This document shows positions 9,499 to 17,119 of a stretch of DNA of 32,029 bases, in pieces. The notes below the pieces were generated by a model. That model ran no database searches, was not told where the DNA came from, and saw only the letters and a program-made list of their open reading frames with translations. The DNA is taken from the NCBI GenBank assembly GCA_003650545.1, contig QMQO01000014.1, positions 1 through 32,029 on the forward strand. The letters are read 5' to 3'. Each line of letters begins with the position of its first letter. The first letter of the stretch is position 1. This stretch comes from Candidatus Woesearchaeota archaeon (GTDB taxonomy: Archaea > Nanobdellota > Nanobdellia > Woesearchaeales > B72-G16). The translations under genes and the position numbers were made by a program.

Positions 9499-10245
9499 TT
9501 AATCGTTTTCAACCCTTGGAGCCAAAATAAAACTAAGTAGTACTCTGTCCAACGCTGCAAATTCCAGCTTCATAGGATAGTCGTTATTAAAAGACAGTCT
9601 AACATCATCGCTAATCCTTGCACCCGTAATCATCTTCTTCAAATACTCGATGCTGTATTTAGCTTTAACTTTTTCAGTAGTTTCTGACTTGATCTTTGTT
9701 TCATCATCAGCCTTAATATCAATCCTAGCCTTCGAAAGATCTCCCTCTGCATAAATTGTTAACTTATCTGGTTCGCCAGCAAAAGTAACACTCTCTGCAA
9801 CAACATCAACATCTTCAATCGCATCTGCAATCACACCAGCCGATGTTTTTACAACAAGAGGAAATTTCAAATCAGGCACGCGCTGCTCACTCTCATCCAA
9901 GTCCAAAATAGGTAAACTGAAAGTTCTAACAGATTTTCCTTTAAAAGTGATCAGTAACTTGTTATCTTGATCAACCTCTAAAGTTAGCATATCATTTGCC
10001 TTAGCCCTTTTAAGAACCTGTTTTAAATTGTTTAAATTTACAGCAATCTCAGTAACATCTTTAACATCATACTCCACAAAGCAACTACTCAATAGTTTAA
10101 AAATAACCATCGCTACATTTGCAGGATCCATTGCAGCTAGTTCAATTGCATTTGGAGTAATCTTGAAGCGAGCTTCATTTACTAGTTCTGAAATTATAGA
10201 AATACTATCTTTCAAATACCTAGGTTCTGCTAATGTTAACTTCAT
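9499..10245 (-). CDS. pcn: PCNA sliding clamp (start reassigned to ATG 10245)
   Basis: ISELVNEARF, AMDPANVAMV, KYSIEYL, FILAPRVE; GAGGGGG motif upstream of 10245. Confidence 0.97.
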   Translation of the reverse strand: MKLTLAEPRYLKDSISIISELVNEARFKITPNAIELAAMDPANVAMVIFKLLSSCFVEYDVKDVTEIAVNLNNLKQVLKRAKANDMLTLEVDQDNKLLITFKGKSVRTFSLPILDLDESEQRVPDLKFPLVVKTSAGVIADAIEDVDVVAESVTFAGEPDKLTIYAEGDLSKARIDIKADDETKIKSETTEKVKAKYSIEYLKKMITGARISDDVRLSFNNDYPMKLEFAALDRVLLSFILAPRVEND

Positions 10246-10296
10246 AACAATAACCCCCTCTTTTAGCAATTTAAAAACCAACTAGTATTTAAAGAT

Positions 10297-11637
10297 TTAT
10301 GTTTTGCTCAAGACAATCTGCTTTCCATCTCGGGAAACAAATATATTCTGTTTAGAATAGCCAACCTCCTGAGCTAGCTCTGCTAGAGCCAAAGACATTT
10401 TCATGACACCGTGAGCAGGAATAATATTTGCTGGCCTTAACATGTTAATTAAGTCACGTAGATCTTCTTTAGCAGCGTGCCCGCTTACATGAATATCACG
10501 AAATATCCTAACCCCTTTAGAACGCAGCTTTTCTTCCAAAGATTTACGGTTCTTGATATTTAATTTATTGGGGATTACAGTGCAAGAAAATATAACAATA
10601 TCATCCTTTCCAAATTTAAAATTATAAAAACGATCAATCATCTTTGACAGCACAGCTTTGGGTTCACCTTGATGGCCTGTTACGACAAGCAAATATCTAT
10701 CTTTATGTTTCGCCACCTGGTCAAGCTTAGCTTTAATCTTCTTCGAGTATTTTATCAACTCCACATCCTTCTTAAAATTTATCAAGTTAATAGATTCTGC
10801 GGAGTTAACATACTTTGCTAAACTTCTACCCAAGAAAATAATCTTTCTACGTAAACGTTTTCCAAACTTAATTATACTTTTCAGTCTAGCTAAATGTGAA
10901 GAAAAGGTTGTCACAATAATCGCTTTACCTTCTGACTCAACACCGGTTAAAACATCTTGCAGCATGCTTTCTGCAACCTTCTCTGAAGGGGTTTTTTTAG
11001 CGTCTTTAGCATAAATACAATCTACAATCAATGCAATAACTTTTTCCTCAGCCAGCTTCTTTAATCTCGCATAATTGGGTTTTTTTCCAAGCATTGGGTG
11101 ACTATCAAACTTAAAATCGTTTGCGTACACAACCACACCTTCTGGTGTATGTAATGCAACCATCACTGTTTGTGGAGTAGAATGTGTCATATTAATAAAC
11201 TCTACACACATTTCATCTGTTAACTTATACATTGAATTAACATTTATAGACTTTATCTCGTTATCTAATCTAATTTTTTCGTCTTTTAATATGGTTTTAA
11301 TAACTGCTTTTGTAAAAGGGGTACATATTATTGGTGCATCAAACTTACGAGCTAAAAAGTGTATTGCTCCAACATGGTCTAGGTGAGCGTGTGTTGGTAT
11401 GATAGCTTTAACTTTACTCTTCCAATCGCCGAGTTTTCTTACATCAGGTATGGCTCCAGCCTTAAGTAGTCTAGAAACAGTTATATTTTTTATATCACCT
11501 TGTTCGTCTTCTGTAACACGGATATAATTCTCAAGATGAAGACCCATATCAAAAATAACAACATCGTTTCCACACTTAATTGCGGTCATATTCTTTCCAA
11601 CTTCGTTATATCCGCCAATAGTTTTGATTACAATCAT
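10297..11637 (-). CDS. rnj: Archaeal RNase J (beta-CASP metallo-beta-lactamase ribonuclease)
   Basis: GGYNEVGKN, THAHLDHVG, NDFKFD, TGHQGEP, HVSGHA, IPAHG. Confidence 0.93.
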   Translation of the reverse strand: MIVIKTIGGYNEVGKNMTAIKCGNDVVIFDMGLHLENYIRVTEDEQGDIKNITVSRLLKAGAIPDVRKLGDWKSKVKAIIPTHAHLDHVGAIHFLARKFDAPIICTPFTKAVIKTILKDEKIRLDNEIKSINVNSMYKLTDEMCVEFINMTHSTPQTVMVALHTPEGVVVYANDFKFDSHPMLGKKPNYARLKKLAEEKVIALIVDCIYAKDAKKTPSEKVAESMLQDVLTGVESEGKAIIVTTFSSHLARLKSIIKFGKRLRRKIIFLGRSLAKYVNSAESINLINFKKDVELIKYSKKIKAKLDQVAKHKDRYLLVVTGHQGEPKAVLSKMIDRFYNFKFGKDDIVIFSCTVIPNKLNIKNRKSLEEKLRSKGVRIFRDIHVSGHAAKEDLRDLINMLRPANIIPAHGVMKMSLALAELAQEVGYSKQNIFVSRDGKQIVLSKT

Positions 11638-12350
11638 AGTAATCCTCTGATTAGTTTCTTGACATCATATAAATCTTTTGCATAATAATCTGCATATTTC
11701 AGTGCGCTGTGATTCTGAAATCTTTTTGTTTCTATTAAAATAGACGTAATTCCTAATTGTTTTGCTGCAAGATCTTCTACAGGATCGTCACCGATCATGA
11801 TACATTCTTCTGACTTAATTTTACCTAAGAACAAACTTTTTCTCATAAACTTTTTAAATGGTATCAATGTAGATTTTTTCCTAGACCTATCAGCGAAATA
11901 TAACTTATGAAAATATTTTTTGATTTTAAGTTTTTTCAATTCTCTAACAATTCTCAATCTAAAACCATTCGTTATTAAAATAATCTTCACATTTTTCTTT
12001 TTTAAAAACCTCAGTAAGGGTAGAGCCCCCTTTCTTAATCTTAAATTATCCAGAGCATAATTTCTAAAAAGTTTTGTTAATTTGATCTTCTTTCTTAAAC
12101 TTGTTTTTATACCTGCGTGTTGAAAAAATAAATCTGTCCAGTCTAGAAATCTTAAGATGCGTCTTTTCTTAATCTTATTAATCTCCTTTGTTGTTTTTAA
12201 AAGAGCTGTTTTAAACCTCGCAAAAGTAATGTTAACACCATGTTTGTTCAAGATTTTTGTGAAGTTTCTACTTGTCTTAAATCTCTCTATCAATCTTGTG
12301 GTGTCTGCTAAAGTATCATCCCAATCAAATATAACATATTTTATTGCCAT
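11634..12350 (-). CDS. HAD-superfamily hydrolase
   Basis: Motif I FDWDDTL, motif II LITNG, motif IV MIGDDPVEDL; ATGA overlap with rnj. Confidence 0.9.
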   Translation of the reverse strand: MAIKYVIFDWDDTLADTTRLIERFKTSRNFTKILNKHGVNITFARFKTALLKTTKEINKIKKRRILRFLDWTDLFFQHAGIKTSLRKKIKLTKLFRNYALDNLRLRKGALPLLRFLKKKNVKIILITNGFRLRIVRELKKLKIKKYFHKLYFADRSRKKSTLIPFKKFMRKSLFLGKIKSEECIMIGDDPVEDLAAKQLGITSILIETKRFQNHSALKYADYYAKDLYDVKKLIRGLL

Positions 12351-12354
12351 TTTG

Positions 12355-12363
12355 AAAAAAAAA
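12355..12363 (-). terminator. Oligo-T tract after tRNA-Leu
   Basis: T9 run on the minus strand 6 nt after the tRNA discriminator base. Confidence 0.5.
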
Positions 12364-12415
12364 GACGGATGCGGGGAGGAGGATTCGAACCCCCGTAGGC
12401 ACTAAGCCAACAGAT

Positions 12416-12466
12416 GGCTCACAGGAGCACTTCATTGCTAAGTTGCTTAGCTCATCACTCAATTAA
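12416..12466 (-). other. tRNA intron 3 (51 nt, canonical 37/38)
   Basis: BHB with central helix CTCA/TGAG and bulges AG|T and CC|A. Confidence 0.88.
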
Positions 12467-12473
12467 CTTGAGT

Positions 12474-12504
12474 TAGGACGTTTTAGCGCCATATGCCAAA
12501 AACA
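12474..12504 (-). other. tRNA intron 2 (31 nt, position 30/31)
   Basis: Central helix GGAC/GTCC, bulges AG|T and TA|A, intron stem GTTTT/AAAAC. Confidence 0.85.
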
Positions 12505-12520
12505 CTGTCCCGTTTGGCCA

Positions 12521-12564
12521 CTCCGGACACATAGCGTGTAGGAGTGCACGAACGCCAGTGAGTT
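12521..12564 (-). other. tRNA intron 1 (44 nt, position 15/16, D-loop)
   Basis: Central helix CCGG/CCGG, bulges AG|A and AG|T, intron stem including TGGCGT/ACGCTA; exon-side helix is absent (relaxed BHB/BHL). Confidence 0.8.
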
Positions 12565-12608
12565 CTCCGGCATCCCCGCAGTTGCGTAATAAGAGAAGTA
12601 AGTATCCA

Positions 12609-12617
12609 TTTATAAAA
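12609..12617 (-). promoter_or_regulatory. TATA box of tRNA-Leu gene
   Basis: TTTTATAAA about 30 nt upstream of tRNA G1. Confidence 0.65.
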
Positions 12618-12643
12618 TTACCTAAAAACAAAAACAAATGAAA

Positions 12644-13099
12644 TCAGACAAGTTTTCCTAACTTGCTTTCTATTTCACCCAATTCAGACTCTAGTTTGTC
12701 CAACTGTGTTGCAATCTTTGGTTTTGCAACAACAATTTTCTTTTCCTTTTTCTTTGAACTAATCTTTTTACCTTTCTTTCCCTTAATCTTTTTCTTAACA
12801 TTTTCTCCTGTCATCCTTGCAGCCTTCTTCTCAATCTTTTCTTCAAATTCTGGTGTCTTAAATCTTAACGAAGTTTTAGGTAAAGAAGCTTTCAACTTTG
12901 CTATATCCCGAGAGATGCTAGATATAAGTTGTTTAAGTCTGTCAACTTCTTCTTGTCTTTCCTTTCTTACAGTTTTAAATTTTTCATAACGCTGTAATAA
13001 TTGTACGACATCTTTTGATGATTCTAGAATAGAACGCCTGATCTCTACAGGATCTTTTATTCCAACATAGACAACATCTTTATCTTTTTCAGCCACCAT
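12644..13099 (-). CDS. Hypothetical coiled-coil protein with Lys-rich region (start reassigned to ATG 13099)
   Basis: AGGTGA-N5-ATG; VYVGI strand followed by a long heptad helix, Lys-rich linker and C-terminal helix LDKLESELGEIESKL. Confidence 0.8.
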   Translation of the reverse strand: MVAEKDKDVVYVGIKDPVEIRRSILESSKDVVQLLQRYEKFKTVRKERQEEVDRLKQLISSISRDIAKLKASLPKTSLRFKTPEFEEKIEKKAARMTGENVKKKIKGKKGKKISSKKKEKKIVVAKPKIATQLDKLESELGEIESKLGKLV

Positions 13100-13109
13100 T
13101 TTTGTCACC

Positions 13110-13346
13110 TTAAACGGCATTAGGTTCAAATAAGACTTTATCAACAAAGCTTACTTTTCTTTCTGCTTCATCTAGGGCTGCTTGCCATAGCTCTAGTTCA
13201 GCGTCTTCTTCATTCTTCAGTTCATAAATTTTGCCAAGCGTATCTCTAGCATCAATAATCTTATTTTTAATCATGTTCATTACATCCAACACATCTTTAT
13301 ATTCTTCTATTTTAACAAAGACCGGCATTAATTCGTCTGTCATCAT
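13110..13346 (-). CDS. Small hypothetical coiled-coil protein (start ATG 13346 or 13343)
   Basis: GAGGGTG motif upstream; PVFVKI...W...L...RK...VDKVLFE, clearly paralogous to the C-terminus of the upstream gene. Confidence 0.82.
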   Translation of the reverse strand: MMTDELMPVFVKIEEYKDVLDVMNMIKNKIIDARDTLGKIYELKNEEDAELELWQAALDEAERKVSFVDKVLFEPNAV

Positions 13347-13356
13347 ACCACCCTCT

Positions 13357-13830
13357 TTATTTTGCTTCGAATAATGTTTTATCAACAAATATAAGTTTTC
13401 TTTGAATATCTTCTAATGAACGCTTCCATTTCTCAAATTCTTTATCTTTATCTGTTTTAAGTTCATCGAGTCTTTTAAGTTCATCATTAGATTTCCTTAA
13501 AACACTGTTTGCAGAAGATATCTCCCTAACCATTTCCATAAAATTTTCTGCCATCACAAATATTGGCTTTGTGAGTACTAAACCCTCTCTTACAGCCAGT
13601 TGCTCTTTTGTCTTTGAAACCGCTCTCCTCTCTAGAGGTGTTACTTTTGTCTCTCTCTCTGTTGACACAACCTCTTCAACTTTAGGTTCTTCTGTTTTCA
13701 CTTCAACTGTTGGTTGTTCTTTCTGCAGAGTTCTCACCCTGTATTCTGGCGGAGCTGGAGGTGCTTCTAATTCTTCTTTAAACTTTTCAGCACCTTCTTT
13801 ATGTCTACCTAAGAATTTTAAAAATGCCAC
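13357..13830 (-). CDS. Hypothetical coiled-coil protein with Pro/Glu-rich N-terminus (start reassigned to GTG 13830)
   Basis: GAGGTGA-N4-GTG; APPAPP motif; C-terminal PIFVM...W...L...RK...VDKTLFE domain. Confidence 0.8.
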   Translation of the reverse strand: MAFLKFLGRHKEGAEKFKEELEAPPAPPEYRVRTLQKEQPTVEVKTEEPKVEEVVSTERETKVTPLERRAVSKTKEQLAVREGLVLTKPIFVMAENFMEMVREISSANSVLRKSNDELKRLDELKTDKDKEFEKWKRSLEDIQRKLIFVDKTLFEAK

Positions 13831-13994
13831 ATACTCACCTCTCAATGACAGAATAAAATCCCTTATATAAACTTTGTGAACTATTATAAAATAATAACAA
13901 AAACGAAAACCGTCAATATATACTCTATATAAAGCACATATTATATAGAAAATATAGAGCAAGTCATAAATAATTCCTTGCCAGTATAATAGTC

Positions 13995-15467
13995 ATGAAA
14001 AAACTCTTAATATTAACTATTGTTTTACTTTTGCCTTGTGTTACCGCAATAAACATAAATGAAATAATGTACAATCCAATAGGAAGAGATAACAACAAAG
14101 AATTTATTGAAATTAAAAACACGATAAATCTAACAGGCTTCATTATTAGCGATTCATCTTCTAATGATACACTCGTTCCACTACAATTTGTTGATAGTAT
14201 CTACGCATTAATCGTTGAAGAAGGTTTTGACTACTCAGACCTAAATTGCTCAATATATTCTGCAGGGTCAACAATAGGTAATGGTCTTAGCAATTCTGGA
14301 GATATTCTTCGATTATATGGAAATAACAACACCTTAATTTCAATTGCTCGGTACAATTCGACGCTTGCGAATGGCAATGGTCATAGCCTTGAATTTATAA
14401 ACAACAGCTGGCAAGAAAGTCAGAAATTAAACGGAAGTCCTTGTTTAGAAAATTCTTTTGTTGAAATCACAATAAATGTATCTGAAAACCAAATTAAAAA
14501 TAACATAACCAATAAAACTGAAAATCCGCGTGATTATATAGAAGAAAATAGTTCTATTGATCAAAATAATTCTATTAATCAAAACCAAACCTTTAATGAC
14601 AGTAACTTTAGAGGTAACAATGGAAATGTTGGCCAAAATTTTACTTTTGACGATTCAAAAAAAAATGTAAATAATAATGATACAAATAACACAATCCAAA
14701 ATGAAACAGAAGAAAGTCTTATAGAAAACAGCCAACCAACAGAGACAAGCGACATTGAAACAGATAACACGCACACAAAAAATTGTTTTAATGAACCAAA
14801 CTCCCACTACAGCATCATAAAGACTTCGAAAAAAATAGAATATTCTGTTCTAAAAAATCACGATAGTGTCGAACAAAATAAAACATTCAAGACAGTTATT
14901 AAGATAGTAAATAATGATGATTTTGAGCATCGTTTCACAATATGGAGTTACATCTATAGAGGTAGTAAAAGTTATCCAAGAAACCGAACAGCCAACCAAA
15001 TTTTTGTGAGTCTAAGCTCAAAATCAGAAAAAGCAATAACATTGACTAACACGGCCTCGGCGCCAGTTGGCAGCTACAGATTCAAAATTAGAATCAAAAA
15101 AGATTTTTTAAAAACGAATTACGAAATAACAAAAAATATTAAAGTAATAAATAATAGACACACCGAAACAATAATTAAAGATTTAGGTATAAAAAAAGGA
15201 GAATCTGATGAAATCAAAGTTATCAAAAACAACACAAATAAAATCCAGACCAGTAAAATAGCAAAAAATGAAACAATAGAAACTATTAATGATAACTTAA
15301 AATTTAAGTTTACATCTAACAAAAGTCCAATATTACCCCTAAAAAATACAACTTCTAGAAAAATATACGAATCAAGCAAATTAAAGAGTAAAAACATTTT
15401 AAAACATATAATTTTGTCTTCGATTGGAGTTCTTCTTTCGATATTTATATGGAAAAAGCCCATCTAA
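13995..15467 (+). CDS. Secreted, C-terminally anchored surface protein with lamin-tail (LTD) domain
   Basis: Signal peptide; ININEIMYNP...EFIEI...LSNSGD.L.L LTD signature; Asn-rich linker with many N-x-S/T sequons; beta-rich Ig-like domain; C-terminal hydrophobic helix followed by KK. Confidence 0.8.
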   Translation: MKKLLILTIVLLLPCVTAININEIMYNPIGRDNNKEFIEIKNTINLTGFIISDSSSNDTLVPLQFVDSIYALIVEEGFDYSDLNCSIYSAGSTIGNGLSNSGDILRLYGNNNTLISIARYNSTLANGNGHSLEFINNSWQESQKLNGSPCLENSFVEITINVSENQIKNNITNKTENPRDYIEENSSIDQNNSINQNQTFNDSNFRGNNGNVGQNFTFDDSKKNVNNNDTNNTIQNETEESLIENSQPTETSDIETDNTHTKNCFNEPNSHYSIIKTSKKIEYSVLKNHDSVEQNKTFKTVIKIVNNDDFEHRFTIWSYIYRGSKSYPRNRTANQIFVSLSSKSEKAITLTNTASAPVGSYRFKIRIKKDFLKTNYEITKNIKVINNRHTETIIKDLGIKKGESDEIKVIKNNTNKIQTSKIAKNETIETINDNLKFKFTSNKSPILPLKNTTSRKIYESSKLKSKNILKHIILSSIGVLLSIFIWKKPI

Positions 15468-15643
15468 AAATAAATACTTCACAACCACAAGTTATTTAAA
15501 CAAAATCTGTTTTCAATTAATCACGAGATAGACAATTAAAAATTAAAGCCAATTTTTATGTAATTTAAAAATAAAGAATAGCAAATAAACAATCTGAAAT
15601 ACTATGAAAATTCAAAAATGTAACAAAGAAAAAGGTTTTGTAA

Positions 15644-16243
15644 ATGACAAAAAAACTTGAAACAATAAGAGCTCGCACTGTAATTGAGGTATTAGGTGCT
15701 CCAAGAGAACATGTAGAGACTTCATTGAAAGGCTACATAGATAAGATTAAAAAAGAAGAATCTTTTAAAATTATAGAAGAATTTATCTCAGAAACTAAAC
15801 CACAGGAAGAATTATTTAGTAACTTCGCCGAATTAGATATCGAATTTAAAGATGCCAAATGTCTTGTTGGTTTTTGTTTTGATTTCATGCCCAGCTCAGT
15901 TGACATCTTAGAACCTAGCAAAATAAGCTTTGATGCTAAAGAGTTAACCGACATCATCAACGATCTCCAAGCCAAGCTTCATAATGTAGATATGGTTGCT
16001 AAAGAAGCAAACGCAAGATTTAAACTAGCAAACATGAATCTTGGTAAACTGATAAAAAACTTCATTGTCTTCTTAAGAAAAGCGGGTGTCAAAAAAGTAG
16101 ATGAAATGGCCAAACATATAGGCGTACAAAAAGAACTTATCGATAAAATAATCAAAAACATGCTTGAAGATAGAAAAAGTAAAATAGAACAAATCAAAGA
16201 AGAAAATAAGAAAAGAAAAAATGAATCTGACAAATCAAGTTGA
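15644..16243 (+). CDS. Conserved hypothetical protein
   Basis: 199-aa ORF with motifs IEVLGAP, FSNFAELDI and FDFMPSSVDILEP, then a coiled coil; overlaps the scpB start. Confidence 0.8.
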   Translation: MTKKLETIRARTVIEVLGAPREHVETSLKGYIDKIKKEESFKIIEEFISETKPQEELFSNFAELDIEFKDAKCLVGFCFDFMPSSVDILEPSKISFDAKELTDIINDLQAKLHNVDMVAKEANARFKLANMNLGKLIKNFIVFLRKAGVKKVDEMAKHIGVQKELIDKIIKNMLEDRKSKIEQIKEENKKRKNESDKSS

Positions 16244-16898
16244 AGCTGTTCTATTTGCTAGTGGACGCAGAATGAGTATAGAGGAAATCGCAAAGATTTG
16301 TAGAATTAACGATCTTCAGAGGATTAAACAAAGCATAGAAGAACTCAGAAAGAAATACAACGAAGAAAACCCAATCATGCTTACAGAAGACAATGAACAT
16401 TACAAATTAAATGTCCGTGAACAATATCTAAGAACCGTTCGAAAAGTCGCTCCTCAGACAGAACTAAGCAAAACAATGATGGAAACGCTTGCTGTTGTTG
16501 CATGGAAGAGTCCTATTCTACAATGTGACGTTATAAAGATTCGAACTAATAAAGCATACGATCATCTTGCCGAGCTTGAAAAATCCGGTTTCATCACCCG
16601 TGAAAAAAATGGTCGTACCAAGCTAATCAAGCTAACCCAAAAATTTTTGGACTATTTTGACATTGATAATGAAGAAGACATAAAAAAAATCTTCAAAAGG
16701 GCTGAAAAAAAAGATTACACACTTTCCAAAGAAAAAGAGGCAAAACTTGAAAAACTAAAAAAATCTTTCATAAAAGAACAGGAAAAAATAGAAAAAACAA
16801 CTGTGGACAAATTAAATGAAGAAAGCAACATAAGTTTTGAACCTGAAATCGAATCAGAAGGAATTAAGCAAGAAGAAGAAAATGATACTTCTAGTTAA
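16221..16898 (+). CDS. scpB: SMC-Scp complex subunit ScpB
   Basis: VEAVLFASG, LSKTMMETLAVVAWKSPI, IR, GR, TQKFLDYF; acidic tail. Confidence 0.93.
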   Translation: MNLTNQVEAVLFASGRRMSIEEIAKICRINDLQRIKQSIEELRKKYNEENPIMLTEDNEHYKLNVREQYLRTVRKVAPQTELSKTMMETLAVVAWKSPILQCDVIKIRTNKAYDHLAELEKSGFITREKNGRTKLIKLTQKFLDYFDIDNEEDIKKIFKRAEKKDYTLSKEKEAKLEKLKKSFIKEQEKIEKTTVDKLNEESNISFEPEIESEGIKQEEENDTSS

Positions 16899-17007
16899 AT
16901 GCCCGAATTGTAAAAAAAATATGAAGTATGCGCCCAGATCAGTGCCAAAAGTAAAACGTTGTGTTTATTGTGGTAAAAGCTTTATTGTCCTAAAAAACAT
17001 TGCTTAG
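16882..17007 (+). CDS. 41-aa zinc-ribbon microprotein (not in ORF track; DUF1922-like)
   Basis: MILLVKCPNCKKNMKYAPRSVPKVKRCVYCGKSFIVLKNIA: two CxxC motifs; overlaps the scpB stop. Confidence 0.72.
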   Translation: MILLVKCPNCKKNMKYAPRSVPKVKRCVYCGKSFIVLKNIA

Positions 17008-17119
17008 TTTCTTTGCATGGGGTGTTGAACTGAACCTCTGAAATTTTGACGATAGAGGCGCTAAATCCGACAGAAAAACTTATAAATAATACCCATCATC
17101 AACTTGTTAGGAGATTCTT

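Larger units (their letters stand above)
12370..12579 (-). tRNA. tRNA-Leu(CAA) with three introns; exons 12579-12565, 12520-12505, 12473-12467, 12415-12370
   Basis: Joined exons give the 84-nt sequence GCGGGGATGCCGGAG-TGGCCAAACGGGACAG-ACTCAAG-ATCTGTTGGCTTAGTGCCTACGGGGGTTCGAATCCTCCTCCCCGCA: acceptor stem GCGGGGA/TCCCCGC, anticodon stem ACAGA/TCTGT, loop CTCAAGA, long variable arm, discriminator A, no encoded CCA. Confidence 0.9.

Noticed and set aside
12157..12405. 82-aa plus-strand ORF
   Set aside because: Antisense to the HAD gene and the tRNA 3' end; its C-terminus is simply translated tRNA sequence
12416..12466. Intron 3 as a box C/D guide RNA (contains an exact GUGAUGA)
   Set aside because: No CUGA box D and no room for guide sequences; the motif is better explained as one strand of a K-turn
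12370..12579. Interpretation as split tRNA halves, a pseudogene or an integration-site remnant
   Set aside because: All exons are collinear, each insert has BHB-type junctions, the spliced cloverleaf is intact, and a TATA box is present
13831..13962. N-terminal extension of the 201-aa ORF, and similar extensions of iscS, tbp, pcn and the 12644 and 13110 ORFs
   Set aside because: Low-complexity translation of promoter or overlapping DNA; downstream starts have clear SD motifs and match the expected N-termini
17017..17058. Possible decayed gyrB 3' remnant upstream of gyrA (MGC*TEPLKF, then IEALN in another frame, resembling MGxxVEPRRxFIExNAL)
   Set aside because: Only a few matching residues, with stops and a frameshift; indistinguishable from chance without an alignment
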